Shown: in pieces, positions 62,648-64,000 of the stretch
Layout of the letters: each line of letters starts with the position of its first letter
How positions within the stretch are numbered: the first letter of the stretch is position 1
DNA from: Candidatus Omnitrophota bacterium
GTDB taxonomy: Bacteria > Omnitrophota > Gorgyraeia > Gygaellales > Profunditerraquicolaceae
Direction: 5' to 3'
Assembly (NCBI GenBank): GCA_020058085.1
Contig: JAGVER010000005.1
Coordinates: 2,743-66,742 of the forward strand
DNA length: 64,000 nt
Made by a program: the position numbers and the translations under genes
Notes under the pieces: generated by a model
What the model saw: the letters and a program-made list of their open reading frames with translations, nothing else
Databases searched by the model: none
What the model was told of the DNA's origin: nothing

Positions 62648-63416
62648 TTTTCCTGTTAGGCCATTGTTTTTAAGTATAATTATTATTGCTATTATTTTTA
62701 TTATAGGTTATATCCGGAAAGTTTTGACTACTTCAGATTATTTTAAGGTCAAAGGTATTATTAGCCGAGAGGAATTAAATACTGATTTTTCATATCTTAA
62801 AGGGAGAAATATATTTACTCTTGATTTGAGCGGAGAATCTGTGAATATCGCCAAGAAATGCCCGGATTGTTTAAGGGTAAGGTTAGCGCGCGTCTTACCA
62901 GACCACTTATTTGTAGAATTTATAAGGCGTAGGCCAGTAGCATTAGTAAAACTTTATCGTTATTTTGTCGTTGACCAGTACGGTGTATTCTTTGGTAGTG
63001 TCTTAAATCCCGACGGCTTAAACTTGCCTTTGGTTACCGGGTTAGAGACAAGATTATTTGGAATAACTCTCGGTAAGAGGAGCGCGACAAAAGAGTTGAT
63101 TTTAGTCCTAAGTATTATTAAGGAATTCAATAAGTCGTTTTTAATGAGAGATTACCAAATTCGCAGGATTGAAGTTGGTACGGTGGAAGATATTACGATT
63201 TTTATCCCCTTTGATTTAAATAAAGACGCATATTCCCAATGGCAGGTGCCGGCAAGAGAAAATATACTTGAAGTTAGGATATCTCAAGGTAATATATTAG
63301 AGAAGATTGCGGTTATCTCTGGATTGATGAATCAGGAAAAGCATAATCTCGGTAACATTAAATACATAGACTTACGGTTTAAGGAGCCGGTAATAAAGTT
63401 TAAGGATGCTAAATAA
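62628..63416 (+). CDS. ftsQ: Cell division protein FtsQ
   Basis: N-terminal TM, POTRA-like region, and a position between ddl and ftsA. Confidence 0.8.
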   Translation: MKRRKDNFPVRPLFLSIIIIAIIFIIGYIRKVLTTSDYFKVKGIISREELNTDFSYLKGRNIFTLDLSGESVNIAKKCPDCLRVRLARVLPDHLFVEFIRRRPVALVKLYRYFVVDQYGVFFGSVLNPDGLNLPLVTGLETRLFGITLGKRSATKELILVLSIIKEFNKSFLMRDYQIRRIEVGTVEDITIFIPFDLNKDAYSQWQVPARENILEVRISQGNILEKIAVISGLMNQEKHNLGNIKYIDLRFKEPVIKFKDAK

Positions 63417-64000
63417 TTATATTTGCGCGTTAGATATTGGTTCAAGCAAGATTGCTGTAGTTTTAGCAGAGTTTAGAAAGAAGAAGCTTGCGAATATTTA
63501 CTTTGATTCTATCTCTGTTAAGGGGGTGAAAGAAGGGGCGATTGTAGACTCCACAAACCTTATCGGTTTGGTAAGCAAGATACTAAAAGGTCTGAAGATA
63601 AAATCCGGGATAAATATTAAATTTGTTTCAGTAAATATCTCCGGCCAGGATATAATCACCAAGCATAGCCGCGCGGTTATCCCCCTAGCCGAGAGGGGGA
63701 ATAAGGTTATAAGTATCGCTGATTTGCAGCGGGTGAATGAGCAGGCGCGAATACTCGGCTCAAGCATTGAAGACGAAATAATCCATATGATTCCTTTGAG
63801 TTATTCCATAGATGCTAAGGGCGACATATTAAATCCTCTAGGGTTATATAGCCATAGGCTGGAGGTGGATTTATATCTGGTTTGTAGCAAATTATCTTCG
63901 GTGCAGAGCCTGACCCGGATAATCAACCAGTCAGGGTATGAGGTTAGAGATCTTTTCCTCTCAGGGATAGCCACTAGTAAAGCAGTCTTTGGCCCGGGAT
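63406..64000 (+). CDS. ftsA: Cell division protein FtsA, 3'-truncated by the window edge (absent from the ORF track)
   Basis: The ATG at 63406 overlaps the ftsQ stop. MLNNYICALDIGSSKIAVVLAE...VNISGQDI...IHMIPLSYSIDAKGDILNPLG is a typical FtsA N-terminus, and the frame is open to nt 64000. Confidence 0.88.
   Translation, partial: MLNNYICALDIGSSKIAVVLAEFRKKKLANIYFDSISVKGVKEGAIVDSTNLIGLVSKILKGLKIKSGINIKFVSVNISGQDIITKHSRAVIPLAERGNKVISIADLQRVNEQARILGSSIEDEIIHMIPLSYSIDAKGDILNPLGLYSHRLEVDLYLVCSKLSSVQSLTRIINQSGYEVRDLFLSGIATSKAVFGPG

Overview
AT-rich bacterial chromosomal window. It is almost entirely plus-strand and tightly packed, and looks like an uncultured diderm lineage. A PVC/Omnitrophota-like candidate phylum is only a weak inference, based on a giant surface protein, a GspG-type pseudopilin and a full dcw cluster. 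There are three blocks. (1) nt 1-20379 is a 20-kb co-directional gene train with no gap over 51 nt and no terminator I can see. It holds the 3' 6 kb of a giant tandem-repeat, C-terminally membrane-anchored surface protein. Next comes an atypical F-type ATPase operon (epsilon, c-like, b/delta fusion, alpha, gamma, beta) with no a subunit anywhere in the window and a c-like subunit that has no acidic residue. Last is a T2SS/type-IV-pilus-like module: a stand-alone MshEN c-di-GMP receptor, a GspE/PilB ATPase with a C-terminal PilZ domain, GspF, a secreted HExxH metalloprotease, GspG plus three minor pseudopilins, a PilM-PilN fusion, a PilO/GspM-like protein and a small wHTH protein. No secretin, GspC or prepilin peptidase is present. 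This block is the best candidate for an undescribed system. (2) nt 20.4-48.2 kb is housekeeping: rpsO-pnp behind a structured repeated leader, ftsK, rodZ, rimO, pgsA, pgpA, thpR, pncC, an FMN-riboswitch-controlled rib operon (ribBA-ribH-nusB-PHP-ribD-ribE), tRNA-Pro(CGG), acyP, ligA, xerD, cca, rbfA, nrnA and ribF. (3) nt 48.3-64.0 kb is a complete dcw cluster, mraZ through ftsA (3'-truncated), with a near-consensus promoter and a three-box MraZ operator. Other points of interest are a family of GC-rich long imperfect hairpins at gene junctions whose wobble pairs fit the transcribed strand, a densely structured ~400-nt intergenic region with 25-nt direct repeats, a hairpin+SD motif repeated upstream of two genes, and a perfect 18-bp-arm palindrome inserted in-frame in ribF. 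No rRNA, CRISPR array, transposase or prophage was seen.
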